A DNA stretch of 64,000 nucleotides from an uncultured Actinomycetes bacterium (GCA_963720785.1 CAVRGQ010000009.1:695813-759812); one strand, 5' to 3'. Counted from the stretch's first letter, positions 1 to 9,698 are shown. Program-made: numbers and translations. The notes: a model not told the origin generated them from the sequence alone.

Positions 1-95
1 CCGTGACGGAACACGAAGTCGGCGATGGCGGCGACGATTCCCGGCCGGTCGGGGCACGACAGCAACAGAACGGCGGTGGGACCCAGGGTGTTCAT
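1..95 (-). CDS. purU: formyltetrahydrofolate deformylase, 5' fragment (gene continues past the left edge)
   Basis: Minus-strand translation from the ATG at 95 gives MNTLGPTAVLLLSCPDRPGIVAAIADFVFRHG. This matches the conserved ACT-domain N-terminus of PurU (LLLxCxDRPGI[IV]AAV). Only 31 codons are visible. Confidence 0.6.
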   Translation of the reverse strand, partial: MNTLGPTAVLLLSCPDRPGIVAAIADFVFRH

Positions 96-175
96 CGGCT
101 GGTGTTCATCGGCTGGTGTTCATCGGCTGGTGTTCATCGGCTGGTGTTCATCGGCTGGTGTGCACCCGATCGGCT
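87..175 (-). repeat. 14-bp tandem repeat (minus strand AGCCGATGAACACC): 5 perfect copies at 87-156 plus one degenerate copy at 157-175
   Basis: Read directly: GGTGTTCATCGGCT lies head-to-tail at 87-100, 101-114, 115-128, 129-142 and 143-156. The array fills most of the spacer between the SDR stop (184) and the purU ATG (95). That ATG is inside the last unit. Confidence 0.95.
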
Positions 176-183
176 TCGCCGCG

Positions 184-981
184 TCAGCCGGAGCGCTTGA
201 TGACCAGGCCGGCCACCTTGCGGGAGACGCCGGCCGGAGCTGCGCTGGAGAACGCGGCCGCGGTCTTGTTCATCGCGCCGGGGATGGACACCGAACGCCG
301 ACGGTCGAGGTCGCGCAACGCGTTGCGCACGACGTCGTCGGACGACTGCCACAGGAACTCCGGGATCTGCGTGGTGCCGAGCCCGGCGCGGTCGTGGAAC
401 TCGGTGTGGGTGTACCCGGGGCACACGGCCATCACGTGCACACCCTTCGGGCGCGCCTCCTCGTGCACCGCGTGCGTGAAGCTGTTCACGAACGCCTTGG
501 TCGCGCTGTACACCGCGCTCTCGGGCGACGGCTGGTACGCCGCGAGCGACGACACGTTCACGATGGCGCCGCTCCCCCGCGACTCCATCGCTGCGAGCCC
601 CGCGTGTGTGAGGCGCACCAGTGCCGACACGTTGAGCTGCACCTCGCGCAGCTCCTGCTGCACGTCGAGGTCGGCGAAGTGGCCGAAGGTGCCGAAGCCC
701 GCGTTGTTCACGAGCAGGTCGACGGGGCGCTCGGCGGCGCCGATGCGCGCGGCGACGGACTCGAGCTGCGCGGCGTCGAGCAGATCGGCCGGCAGCACCT
801 CGACGTCGACGCCCGATCGGGCCTGCAGATCGGCGGCGAGCGCCTCGAGCCGTGCCGCGTCACGCGCCACGAGCACGAGATCGGTGCCGCGCGCCGCGAG
901 CTGTTCGCTGAAGGTGCGGCCGATCCCCGCCGACGCGCCGGTGACCAGCGCGCGGGTGACCTTCGAGGCGGGTGCGCTCAT
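184..981 (-). CDS. SDR family oxidoreductase
   Basis: 265-aa ORF with the TGASAGIG cofactor motif and YSATK active-site motif. Its ATG (981) overlaps the thrC stop (978-980) as ATGA. Confidence 0.9.
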   Translation of the reverse strand: MSAPASKVTRALVTGASAGIGRTFSEQLAARGTDLVLVARDAARLEALAADLQARSGVDVEVLPADLLDAAQLESVAARIGAAERPVDLLVNNAGFGTFGHFADLDVQQELREVQLNVSALVRLTHAGLAAMESRGSGAIVNVSSLAAYQPSPESAVYSATKAFVNSFTHAVHEEARPKGVHVMAVCPGYTHTEFHDRAGLGTTQIPEFLWQSSDDVVRNALRDLDRRRSVSIPGAMNKTAAAFSSAAPAGVSRKVAGLVIKRSG

Positions 982-2051
982 GCGGGCATCTCCAGTGCGG
1001 CGGCGACCTCGTCGGCGTTCGCGTCGACCGCGTCGCCGACGTTGACCTCGGCGATGGCGCGGTTGGGGTCCTTGAGCCCGTGGCCGGTGACGGTGCAGAC
1101 CACGACGTCGTCGGCGGCGAGCAGGCCGTCGGCGGCGGCGCGGAACAGGCCGGCCACCGATGCCGCCGACGCGGGTTCGACGAAGCAGCCCTCCTCACCG
1201 GCGAGGAACCGGTAGGCCTCGATGATCTGCGCGTCGGTGACCTCGCCGATGTGCCCGCCCGACTCGTCACGCGCGTTCACCGCGCCCTGCCAGGAGGCCG
1301 GGTTGCCGATCTGGATCGCAGTGGCGAGCGTCTCGGGGTGCAGCACCGGCTCGCCGCGCACGATGGGTGCGGCACCCGCGGCCTGCCAGCCGAGCATCCG
1401 GGGCCGGCGCGACGAGTGCCCCAGCTCCGCGTACTCGCAGTAGCCCTTCCAGTACGCGGTGATGTTTCCCGCGTTGCCGACCGGGATCGAGTGCACCGTG
1501 GGCGCGTCGCCGAGCACGTCGACGATCTCGAACGAAGCGGTCTTCTGTCCCTCGATGCGCGACGGGTTCACCGAGTTCACGACCTCGACCCCGGAGCGCT
1601 CGCCGAGCGTGCGCACGATGTCGAGGGCCTGGTCGAAGTTGCCGCGCACCGGCACCACTCGAGCGCCGTGGATGAGCGCCTGCGCGAGCTTGCCCAGCGC
1701 GATCTGTCCCTCGGGGATCACCACGCCGCACACCAGACCGGCGCGAGTCGCGTAGGCGGCGGCCGAGGCAGAGGTGTTGCCGGTTGACGCGCAGATCACG
1801 ACCTTGGCGCCGCGCTCCACCGCGTGCGACATGGCCATCGTCATGCCGCGGTCCTTGAACGAGCCGGTGGGGTTGAGCCCCTCGACCTTCAGCAGCACAC
1901 GCGCGACACCGACGCGCTGCGCGACCCGCGGTGCGTCGAGGAGCGGGGTGTTGCCCTCCAGCAGCGTGACCACGGGCGTGGCGTCGGTGACCGGGAGGTG
2001 CTCCCGGTACTCCTCGATCAGCCCCCGCCAGCCGTTCGCACCCCTCGCCAC
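978..2051 (-). CDS. thrC: threonine synthase
   Basis: 357-aa ORF with a GTG start. It carries the PLP-lysine motif [13 protein letters not shown] and the ASTGNTSAS and [13 protein letters not shown] motifs. It lies downstream of hom. Confidence 0.95.
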   Translation of the reverse strand: MARGANGWRGLIEEYREHLPVTDATPVVTLLEGNTPLLDAPRVAQRVGVARVLLKVEGLNPTGSFKDRGMTMAMSHAVERGAKVVICASTGNTSASAAAYATRAGLVCGVVIPEGQIALGKLAQALIHGARVVPVRGNFDQALDIVRTLGERSGVEVVNSVNPSRIEGQKTASFEIVDVLGDAPTVHSIPVGNAGNITAYWKGYCEYAELGHSSRRPRMLGWQAAGAAPIVRGEPVLHPETLATAIQIGNPASWQGAVNARDESGGHIGEVTDAQIIEAYRFLAGEEGCFVEPASAASVAGLFRAAADGLLAADDVVVCTVTGHGLKDPNRAIAEVNVGDAVDANADEVAAALEMPA

Positions 2052-2053
2052 TG

Positions 2054-3352
2054 TCAGTCCTCTCCGACAACCCGCAGGACCGAGCCCACGCGGTGCACTT
2101 CGTCGATGTTCTCCAGCGCCGCGACCGTCGCGCGCAGGTCGGATTCCCTGGCGGTGTGCGTGACCAAGATCAGGCGCGCCTCGTCGCCGACGTCGCGCTG
2201 CTGCATCGAGCGGATCGACACCCGGTGCTCGCCGAACTTGGTGGCGATCGCCGCGAGCACACCGGGCTGATCGGCGACCTCGAGCTCCAGGTAGTACTGC
2301 GACTCGATGTCGTCGACGGCCCGGATCGGCCGGTCGACGAGCGTGCCGATGGTGGCGCCCTTGCGGCCCTCCGCCACGTTCTTCGCCGCGTCGACGAGAT
2401 CGCCGAGCACGGCCGACGCGGTGGGGCCACCGCCGGCACCGCGCCCGTAGAGCATCAACTCGCCGACCGCCTCGCCCTCGATGAACACCGCGTTGAAGGA
2501 GTCCCGCACCGCCGCCAGCGGGTGCCGCACCGGCACCATCGCCGGATGCACGCGCACCGCCACCTCGCCGCCCGACTCCTCGGCGACCGCGAGCAGTTTC
2601 ACCACGTAGCCGAGGTCGGCGGCGGACTCGATGTCGGCCGCGGTGATCCCGGTGATGCCCTCGCGGTACACGTCGGACGCGACGACCTGGGCGCCGAACG
2701 CGATCGAGGCGATGATCGCCACCTTCGCCGCGGCGTCGAAGCCCTCCACGTCGGCCGTGGGGTCGGCCTCCGCGAAGCCGAGCCGCTGCGCCTCACCCAG
2801 CGCGTCGGCGAACGACGCACCTTCGTCGGTCATCTTCGTGAGGATGTAGTTCGTGGTGCCGTTCACGATGCCGGTGACGCGCTTGATGCGGTCGCCGGCG
2901 AGCGACTCGCGCAGTGGGCGGATCAGCGGGATGCCCCCGCCGACCGAGGCCTCGAAGAGGATGTCGACGCCCGCGCGCTGCGCGGCCTCGAACACCTCGC
3001 GACCGTGCGTGGCGACCAGTTCCTTGTTCGCGGTCACGACGGGCTTGCCCGCGGCGAGCGCGTCGGCGATGAGCGTGCGGGCGGGCTCGATGCCGCCCAT
3101 GACCTCCACCACGATGTCGACGTCGGGGTCGTGCACGACGGCGGCCGCGTCGGCGGTGAAGGCATCGGCCGGCAGCGGCAGGCCGCGGTCACGCTCGAGA
3201 TCGCGCACCACCACCTTGGCGACCTCGATGCGCACGCCCGCCCGTTCCTGCAGCACGTCGGCGTTGTCGTGGATCAACTGCACCAGGGCGGCCCCGACGT
3301 TGCCGCACCCGAGGATCCCGACCCGTACCCGCTCGTCCCGCGCTGGATCCAT
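2054..3352 (-). CDS. hom: homoserine dehydrogenase
   Basis: ORF 2054..4018 trimmed to the ATG at 3352: [26 protein letters not shown]..., with TANKELVA and [12 protein letters not shown]. The upstream 222 codons of the ORF are Arg/Pro-rich out-of-frame overlap with lysA. Confidence 0.9.
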   Translation of the reverse strand: MDPARDERVRVGILGCGNVGAALVQLIHDNADVLQERAGVRIEVAKVVVRDLERDRGLPLPADAFTADAAAVVHDPDVDIVVEVMGGIEPARTLIADALAAGKPVVTANKELVATHGREVFEAAQRAGVDILFEASVGGGIPLIRPLRESLAGDRIKRVTGIVNGTTNYILTKMTDEGASFADALGEAQRLGFAEADPTADVEGFDAAAKVAIIASIAFGAQVVASDVYREGITGITAADIESAADLGYVVKLLAVAEESGGEVAVRVHPAMVPVRHPLAAVRDSFNAVFIEGEAVGELMLYGRGAGGGPTASAVLGDLVDAAKNVAEGRKGATIGTLVDRPIRAVDDIESQYYLELEVADQPGVLAAIATKFGEHRVSIRSMQQRDVGDEARLILVTHTARESDLRATVAALENIDEVHRVGSVLRVVGED

Positions 3353-3356
3353 CGCG

Positions 3357-4730
3357 TCAGTCTCCCTCATGGCGGTCGCCCGGCTCGTCACGGGCGACCA
3401 GGTCGTCGTAGGTCTCGCGCCGCACCACCACGCGCGCCCGCCCCTCGTGGACGAACACGACCGCCGGGCGCGGCATCTGGTTGTAGGTGGACGCCATCGA
3501 GTGGCCGTAGGCGCCGGTGACCGGGGTGGCGAGCACGTCGCCCAACTGCACGCCGGCGGGGAGCCGGGCGTCGGTGACGAGGAGGTCGCCCTGCTCGCAG
3601 TGGCGACCCGCGACCGTGGCCACGAACGGACGCTCCTCGGCGGCCCGCGCGGGCAGGAACGCCTCGTACTCGGCGGAGTAGAGCGCGGGGCGGGGGTTGT
3701 CACCCATGCCGCCGTCGACGGCGACGTAGGTGTGGAGATGTCCGCCTTCCCCGCCGAGCCCGCCGGCCAGGCGGATCTCCTTGATCGTGCCCACGGTGTA
3801 GAGGGTGAGCCCCGAGGGCGCGGCGATGGAGCGGCCCGCCTCCACGCACAGCCGCGGCGCGGGGTCGAGCCCCGCCGATGCGCACGCGTGGGCGAAGCCG
3901 TCGCGCAGCGCGGCGCCGAACTCGGCGATCGACGGCGCGTCGAGGTCGTCGGCGGTGTAGGGGACGGCGAGGCCACCACCCAGGTTGAGCTCCTCCACCA
4001 GGTGGCCGGTCGCGTCACGCACCTCGGCCGCGAGCCGGGTGACCACCTCCGCCGCGAGCACGTACGACTCGAGGGCGAAGATCTGCGACCCGATGTGGCA
4101 GTGGAACCCGGCGAGGTGCATCGCGCCGCTCTTCACCACGTGCAGCGCGGCCTCGCGCGCCGCGCCGGACGACACGGTGAGCCCGAACTTGGAGTCGTCG
4201 GCACCGGTGGCGATGTACTCGTGCGTGTGCGCCTCCACGCCGGGAGTGACGCGCAGCAGCACGGTGGGCGGCGGGCAGCCGTCGGCAACGAGTCGCTCGA
4301 TGCGGGCGAGCTCGTCGAAGGAGTCGACGACGACGTGGCCGAACCCCTCCGTGAGCGCGGTGCGCAACTCGGCGTCGGACTTGTTGTTGCCGTGCATCGC
4401 CATGCGCGCCGAGGGGAAGCCCGCGCGGCGCGCCACGAAGGCCTCGCCGCCACTCGCGACCTCGAGCTGCAGCCCCTCCTGCGCCACGAGGCGCGCCATC
4501 GCGGTGCACAGGAACGCCTTGCTCGCGTACGACACGTTGTCGCCGCCGAACGCGTCGGCGTACTCACGGCACCGGGCCCGCAGCTCGCCTTCGTCGTACA
4601 CGTAGAGCGGGGTGCCGAACACGTCGGCGAGCTCCTCGACGTCGCACCCGCCCATGAGCAGCCGGCCGGCGTCGTCGAGTCGCGCCGAGCGCGGCAGCAG
4701 GCCGAGGTCGATCGGCGCGGCGCCGGACAT
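3357..4730 (-). CDS. lysA: diaminopimelate decarboxylase
   Basis: 457-aa ORF with GTPLYVYDE, YASKAF (PLP lysine) and GGGLAVPY motifs. It sits between argS and hom as in other actinobacteria. Confidence 0.95.
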   Translation of the reverse strand: MSGAAPIDLGLLPRSARLDDAGRLLMGGCDVEELADVFGTPLYVYDEGELRARCREYADAFGGDNVSYASKAFLCTAMARLVAQEGLQLEVASGGEAFVARRAGFPSARMAMHGNNKSDAELRTALTEGFGHVVVDSFDELARIERLVADGCPPPTVLLRVTPGVEAHTHEYIATGADDSKFGLTVSSGAAREAALHVVKSGAMHLAGFHCHIGSQIFALESYVLAAEVVTRLAAEVRDATGHLVEELNLGGGLAVPYTADDLDAPSIAEFGAALRDGFAHACASAGLDPAPRLCVEAGRSIAAPSGLTLYTVGTIKEIRLAGGLGGEGGHLHTYVAVDGGMGDNPRPALYSAEYEAFLPARAAEERPFVATVAGRHCEQGDLLVTDARLPAGVQLGDVLATPVTGAYGHSMASTYNQMPRPAVVFVHEGRARVVVRRETYDDLVARDEPGDRHEGD

Positions 4731-6404
4731 CAGTCGTTCTCGTCGGCTTCGGCCGCCGGATCATCGGCGTCGTCGTCGAGCCGGTGCATCTCGTCGGGCG
4801 CGTCCACGCCGAGGATCGCGAGCGCGCCGGCGAGGCCGAGGCGGCACGCCTCGGCCAGCCACAAGCGGGCCTGGGTGAGCGCGGCGTCGTCGGAGATGAC
4901 CTTGCAGTCGCGGTAGAAGCCGTGGAACGACTTGGCGAAGTCGCGCACCCACGTGGTGACGCGGTGCGGCGCGCGCAGTGCGGCGGCCTCCTCGAGCACA
5001 CCGGGGAACGCCTCCAGCGCGCGGAGCAGCTCGATCTCGCGCTCGTGCACCAGTGGCGCGAGTGACGTGTCGAGCAACGGCAGGCGCGTGACCCCGCGTT
5101 CGGCGGCCTTGCGACCGATCGACGCGATACGCGCGTGCGCGTACTGCACGTAATAGACGGGATTCTCCATCGACTGCGCGGTGACGACGTCGAGGTCGAA
5201 GGTCTGCGCGGTGTCGATCCCCTGGAGGAGGAAGGTCAGGCGCACGACGTCGGGATCGACCTCGTCGAGGATGTCCTCGAGCGTGATCACGTTGCCGGTG
5301 CGCTTGGAGATCTTCACCTCCTTGCCGTCCTTGACCAGCTTGACCAGCTGGCCGAGCAGCACCTCGGGCTCGCCGGCCGCGAAGCCGAGCGCCTCGAGGC
5401 CAGCCTGCACCGACTTCACCTGGCCGTGGTGGTCGGCGCCCCAGATGTCGATGAGGTGCTCCCACCCGCGCTCGAACTTGGAGCGGTGGTAGGCGAGGTC
5501 GTTGCACAGGTAGGTGGTCGCGCCGTCGCTCTTCACCAGCACGCGGTCGCGCTGGTCGCCGAAGTCGGTGGTACGCAGCCACACCGCACCGTCGCGCTCG
5601 TCGACCACACCGCGGGCGCGCAGGTCGTCGAGCACCCTCGCCACCGCGCCGGATTCGTGCAGGGTGCGCTCGGAGAACCACGTGTCGAAGTGCACGCCGA
5701 TGCGGCCGAGGTCGTCCTGCAGCGTGCGCACGACCTCCCGGTAGCCCCAGTCGCGCGCCTGCTCGGCAGTGACGGCGTCGCCTAGCTCGTCGCGCATCTG
5801 GGCCGCCATGTCGACGAGGTACTGGCCCTGGTACCCGTCCTCGGGCAGCTCCGTGCCGGCATAGCGCGCGATGCAGCGACGCCGCGAAGATGTCGAGCTG
5901 GTTGCCGGCGTCGTTGAGGTAGTACTCGCGGTGCACGTCGGCGCCCTGCGACGCGAGGAGGTTCGCCAACGCGTCGCCGACGGCGACCCAGCGCGCACCA
6001 CCCGCGTGCAACGGGCCCGTCGGGTTGGCCGAGACGAACTCGAGGTTGATGCGCGCACCTTCGAGGGTGCGGCCGTGCCCGTAGCCCTCCCCCTGTGCGA
6101 CGACGCCCCGCAGCACGTCGTGCAGCCACGTGGGCGAGAGGAAGAGGTTCAGGAAGCCGGGGCCGGCGATCTCGACCCGCTCCAGGCCGGCGGGGCGCTC
6201 CCGCTCCAACTCGGTGACGAGCTTGGCCGCGATGTCGCGGGGCGCCATCCCCACGGTCTTCGTGAGCTGCATGGCGACGTTGGTGGTGAAGTCGCCGTTC
6301 GCGGAGTCCTTCGGCGGCACGAGGTCGACCCCGGCCGGGGGCACGGGGAAACCACAGGCGTCGAGTGCGTGGTGCACGGCGGCGAGCAGAAGGTCACGGA
6401 TCAC
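4730..6404 (-). pseudogene. argS: arginine--tRNA ligase, reading frame broken once (+1) near 5870-5876; probably a sequence error
   Basis: The N-terminal part reads in the frame of ORF 4761..6794 (GTG at 6404: VIRDLLLAAVHHALD, FVSANPTGPLHAGGAR, YYLNDAGNQLD). The C-terminal part reads in the frame of ORF 4730..6058 (ARYAGTELPEDGYQGQY ... ENPVYYVQYAHARIASI). The junction on the minus strand is GCG TCG CTG [C] ATC GCG CGC TAT. Length is 1675 nt = 3n+1. Confidence 0.85.
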
Positions 6405-6563
6405 GGCTGGTCTCGCCCACCTGGTGCGAAAAGGGAATGCGGACCCTCGATCGTAGTGGGGTGCCCCACCGGGCCCCGCCTCCATAGACCGTTCAGCAGG
6501 GTCGTTCCGGGCGGGGTATCGTCTCCGATCCCCCCGCACGACTCCTCTCCGTCCGGATCCCAG

Positions 6564-6905
6564 TTGCCCGAACCGACCGCCACCCTCCTCGACGGCTTGA
6601 TCGAGACCGCCCGCCTCGGCTCCGGCCTGGCCTCGGTGTACCGCGCCCTCGACCTCGTCGTCGAGCGGTACGGCCTCGCCGACGCCGCGCTCGTCGTGGA
6701 CGTGCCGGGCCTCGGGCGTCAGGTGCTGCACGCGGGCCGCCGCCCGATCGGCGACGACGCGGCCCACCTCCACGACGCACCCGAGGGCCTTCACACCGAC
6801 CCGCCCCTCGATGACCCGGTGGTGGCGGAACTGGTGCTCGCCCTGGGCGCGCTGGCCCTGCGCTACGACGCCCGGCCCGATCCCGGCGGGGGTGGTCCGA
6901 CATGA
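6564..6905 (+). CDS. hypothetical protein (about 113 aa)
   Basis: This is the C-terminal part of ORF 5871..6905 from the TTG at 6564, with high GC3 codon usage. Its stop overlaps the next ATG as ATGA (6902-6905). I recognised no family, and the start is uncertain. Confidence 0.4.
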   Translation: MPEPTATLLDGLIETARLGSGLASVYRALDLVVERYGLADAALVVDVPGLGRQVLHAGRRPIGDDAAHLHDAPEGLHTDPPLDDPVVAELVLALGALALRYDARPDPGGGGPT

Positions 6906-7492
6906 GCCTCGACGAGCTCGAGCTCGAGCTGCGCCGCCTCCGGGGCGTGCTCGCCGTGGGGTTCCAGGAGTCCGACGGCTTGCTGCTCGTGGAGCTGCAG
7001 GCGGGCGCCGACGCCTACCCCGAGCTGGCGCGCGACGCCACGCTGATCGCCAACCAGGGCGCCGTCGGCCCCGTGGCCGTCGAAGTCGTCCGCTGGGGCG
7101 ACCGCGCCAGCACCCCCCGCGAGACCCGCCTCCGCCTCGTCGAGATCACCAGCGACCCTGCCATCGGTGAGCTGCAGGTGCGCCTCGCGCTCGGCGACGA
7201 CGAGGGCGTGGGCCGTGCGTCCACCGACCACGGACTGCTCGCTCCGGTCGAGGCCACCGTCGCCGCGATCCGCGTGTTCCTCCCCGAGTTGCGCTTCCTG
7301 CCGGGGTGGGCGCGTCTCGTGGAGACCACGCCCGACCGCCGGTTCCTCGTGGTCGCCTCGGTCACCGACCCCGACGCGCAGGAGCACCGGCGCGGCGCCG
7401 CCGAGGGCGCCTCGCCGGTCGCCGCCGCCGCCCGGGCCACCCTCGCGGCGCTCAATCGCACCATCGCGCTCGACCTCGCGCCCCTGCTCTGA
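6902..7492 (+). CDS. hypothetical protein (196 aa)
   Basis: Clean ORF with strong GC3 bias, translationally coupled to the upstream ORF. I recognised no motif. Confidence 0.55.
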   Translation: MSLDELELELRRLRGVLAVGFQESDGLLLVELQAGADAYPELARDATLIANQGAVGPVAVEVVRWGDRASTPRETRLRLVEITSDPAIGELQVRLALGDDEGVGRASTDHGLLAPVEATVAAIRVFLPELRFLPGWARLVETTPDRRFLVVASVTDPDAQEHRRGAAEGASPVAAAARATLAALNRTIALDLAPLL

Positions 7493-7510
7493 AAAACAGG
7501 AACCTCGTTC

Positions 7511-7539
7511 TTGACTGGGGCCGGCGGCGGGGCCAGACT
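7511..7539 (+). promoter_or_regulatory. candidate promoter for a leaderless TetR transcript: -35 TTGACT (7511-7516), 17-nt spacer, -10 CAGACT (7534-7539)
   Basis: The hexamers were read directly. The -10 ends 8 nt before the GTG start at 7548, and no Shine-Dalgarno sequence lies between them. Confidence 0.3.
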
Positions 7540-7547
7540 GCCGCCCC

Positions 7548-8204
7548 GTGTCCACCGGCGCCACCCTCCCGCTGACTCCCACCACGCCCGCCCAGCGCCG
7601 GCGCCGTGACCTGATCCTCGACACCGCGGTCTCGCTCGTCGAGGAGCGCGGCCCCGACGGCTTCCAGGTGCGCGAGGTGGTCGAGCGCTCCGGCGTCGCC
7701 CTCGGCACGATCTACCGGTACTTCCCGTCGAAGGACCACCTGATCGCCGAGGCGCTCGACCGCGCGACCTCCGACCTGCGCGAGCGCCTCGCGGTCGCCA
7801 CGCGCGACGGCCAGGGCACCGACCCCGCCGAGCGGGTCGCCGTGCTGCTGCAGATCGTCGCCGAGTCCATGGAACGCCGGCCCGGGAACGCCCGGGCGTC
7901 GCTCCAGCTGCTGTTGTCCGCCGACCCGATCGCCGAGGTCGCCCAGCACGACTTCCGCGACGCGTTCGGCGCCGCGCTCGAACTCGCGCTCGCCGACGTC
8001 GAGCCGTCGCTCGCGACCGATCTCAGCGTCGTCGCGTCGTCGTTGCTCACCGAGCACCTCGTCGCCGTCGCAACCGGCCGGCCGAGCGTCGGCGGCACCG
8101 ATCTCCAGATGGAGCGCGGCATCCGAGTGCTGCAACTCGCGATCTCCCGTTCGCGGCCCCCTTCGCACCCAACCGAGTCGAACCGAACAAAGGAAGCACC
8201 ATGA
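7548..8204 (+). CDS. TetR/AcrR family transcriptional regulator
   Basis: 218-aa ORF with the N-terminal HTH FQVREVVERSGVALGTIYRYFPSKDHL. Its stop overlaps the next ATG (ATGA at 8201-8204). Confidence 0.9.
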   Translation: MSTGATLPLTPTTPAQRRRRDLILDTAVSLVEERGPDGFQVREVVERSGVALGTIYRYFPSKDHLIAEALDRATSDLRERLAVATRDGQGTDPAERVAVLLQIVAESMERRPGNARASLQLLLSADPIAEVAQHDFRDAFGAALELALADVEPSLATDLSVVASSLLTEHLVAVATGRPSVGGTDLQMERGIRVLQLAISRSRPPSHPTESNRTKEAP

Positions 8205-9562
8205 CCGACAACTCACCCAGGTACACGGACGCGCCCCGATACGCCGACCGCATGTTCCCCGCGCCGGTCGACCACGGCATCGCCCGCGACGACCGTGCGC
8301 AGAGCACCGTGCTCTCCGGCACCGACGCCGAGTCACTCGGCGGCGGCGAGAACGAACTCTGGTACCACGGTGGTGGCCGGGTCGGCGAGCGACCGGTCGA
8401 GAGCATCACCGTGTACCCGCCGACGCGCGGCCTGCAGACGCAGGGCGACCCGTTCGAGCCGGTGAAGATCGGGATCCTCATCGACATGGACTCCGGCCAG
8501 CTCATCTTCGACTGGGTGAACGCGACCATCCTCGCCATCGAGGACGCGCTCAACGAAGGCGTGTACGACCGACCGGTCGAGATCATCGTCCGGGACGCGC
8601 GCGGCCTCCCGCGCGAGAACTACCTGAAGGTGCGCAAGGGGTACCTCGACCTCGTCGAGCGCGGCTGCGTGGTGATCGTCGGCCCCGAGATCTCCGACAA
8701 CGCGGTCAATCTCATGGACCTGATCAACGAGACCGGTGTGGCCTGTCTGTCGTGGACCGGTGCGGTGCGGTTCTTCGGTGAGTACTGCTTCACCGTGGCC
8801 AACGGCGACATCGGCGTCGAGGGCGGGATGGGCGCCAACTGGTGCGCGCAGCAGGGGTACAAGAAGGTCGGCTTCTTCTGGGAGAAGGGCTCGTCGGGTA
8901 CCGACTACGCCGACTTCTTCCGGCTCGCCGCCGCAACGTACGGCCTCGAGATCGTGAAGGAGGTCGCGCTCGGCCCGAACCCTCGCAACATGGAGGAGCA
9001 CCTCGCCACCATGCGCGCCCAGGGCGCCGAGGCGATCGTGTACATGGGCTACGGCTACGCCACGTTCCACTTCGCACGCGCGTTCAAGGCGCTCGACTGG
9101 GACCCGCCGCGCTTCATGGGCACCGCGTTCATGTTCTACAGCAACACCAACGAGTGGGCCGAGGGCCTCGAGGGCTGGCACGGCGTCGACCAACTCGGCG
9201 TCGACGGTGACAACCCGAACTACGAGGCGATGCTCCAGCGCTTCGAGAAGCGCTTCGGGCGGGTGTCGCGCAACGTCGTGGTCGCGCTGTCGTACGACTC
9301 GGCCCGGGCGGCGATCCACGGCATCGCCAACGCGACCATCGCCATCCCGAAGGAGGTCAAGAACGGCCTCGAGAAGATCAAGTGGATGCCGACCACCAAC
9401 GGTGGGCCCGGCTGCTACCTCACCTTCTCGCAGTACGACCACCGCGGGTACAAGGGCGACTTCCTCACCATCCGCGAACTGCGAGGCGGTGAGCTGCACT
9501 TCCGCGGCTACCACCGCCCGCAGTGGCCGTCGAACCGCTCGTCGCCGATCCTCGACGACTGA
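8201..9562 (+). CDS. type-I periplasmic-binding-protein fold (Leu/Ile/Val-binding / AmiC-like) protein without a signal peptide
   Basis: 453-aa ORF. The PBP1-like core starts at about residue 95 (VKIGILIDMDSG ... VIVGPEISDNA ... YMGYGY). The first 95 or so residues are hydrophilic with no hydrophobic signal segment. An AAAGGAAG RBS precedes the start. Confidence 0.75.
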   Translation: MTDNSPRYTDAPRYADRMFPAPVDHGIARDDRAQSTVLSGTDAESLGGGENELWYHGGGRVGERPVESITVYPPTRGLQTQGDPFEPVKIGILIDMDSGQLIFDWVNATILAIEDALNEGVYDRPVEIIVRDARGLPRENYLKVRKGYLDLVERGCVVIVGPEISDNAVNLMDLINETGVACLSWTGAVRFFGEYCFTVANGDIGVEGGMGANWCAQQGYKKVGFFWEKGSSGTDYADFFRLAAATYGLEIVKEVALGPNPRNMEEHLATMRAQGAEAIVYMGYGYATFHFARAFKALDWDPPRFMGTAFMFYSNTNEWAEGLEGWHGVDQLGVDGDNPNYEAMLQRFEKRFGRVSRNVVVALSYDSARAAIHGIANATIAIPKEVKNGLEKIKWMPTTNGGPGCYLTFSQYDHRGYKGDFLTIRELRGGELHFRGYHRPQWPSNRSSPILDD

Positions 9563-9588
9563 CCACCGGCTCCACCGCAATCCGGACA

Positions 9589-9641
9589 CGGGCCCCCGCC
9601 TCGCCGGGGGCCCGTCCGCGCCAGCTGGGCGCGGACGGGCC
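9589..9641 (+). terminator. two overlapping GC-rich hairpins after the PBP-like gene
   Basis: Hairpin 1: CGGGCCCCC (9589-9597) pairs with GGGGGCCCG (9606-9614). Hairpin 2: GGCCCGTCCGCGCC (9609-9622) pairs with GGCGCGGACGGGCC (9628-9641). The two share 9609-9614, so they are mutually exclusive. There is no U-tract. Confidence 0.45.
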
Positions 9642-9698
9642 GTGACGCGTTACTTTCCTTGGTCAACAAGACCGCGGAGTCCAGGCAAGAGGAGCACC

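Noticed and set aside
87-175. Could the short tandem repeat be a CRISPR array or a minisatellite inside a gene?
   Set aside because: The units are directly abutting with no spacers, only 14 bp long, and no cas genes are present. The array is intergenic or 5'-proximal and is not in-frame coding repeat.
3353-4018. 222-codon N-terminal extension of the homoserine dehydrogenase ORF (2054..4018)
   Set aside because: The extension overlaps lysA out of frame and is Ser/Pro/Arg/Thr-rich. The conserved Hom N-terminus with its GxGxxG motif starts at the ATG at 3352, right after the lysA stop.
6405-6563. Possible T-box or other leader upstream of argS (contains CCGGTGGGGCACCCCAC)
   Set aside because: It lacks the conserved T-box sequence (GGUGGNACCGCG context). 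I could not find a specifier-loop or antiterminator arrangement. The GC hairpin has only a 2-nt loop. I treat the region as an ordinary divergent promoter.
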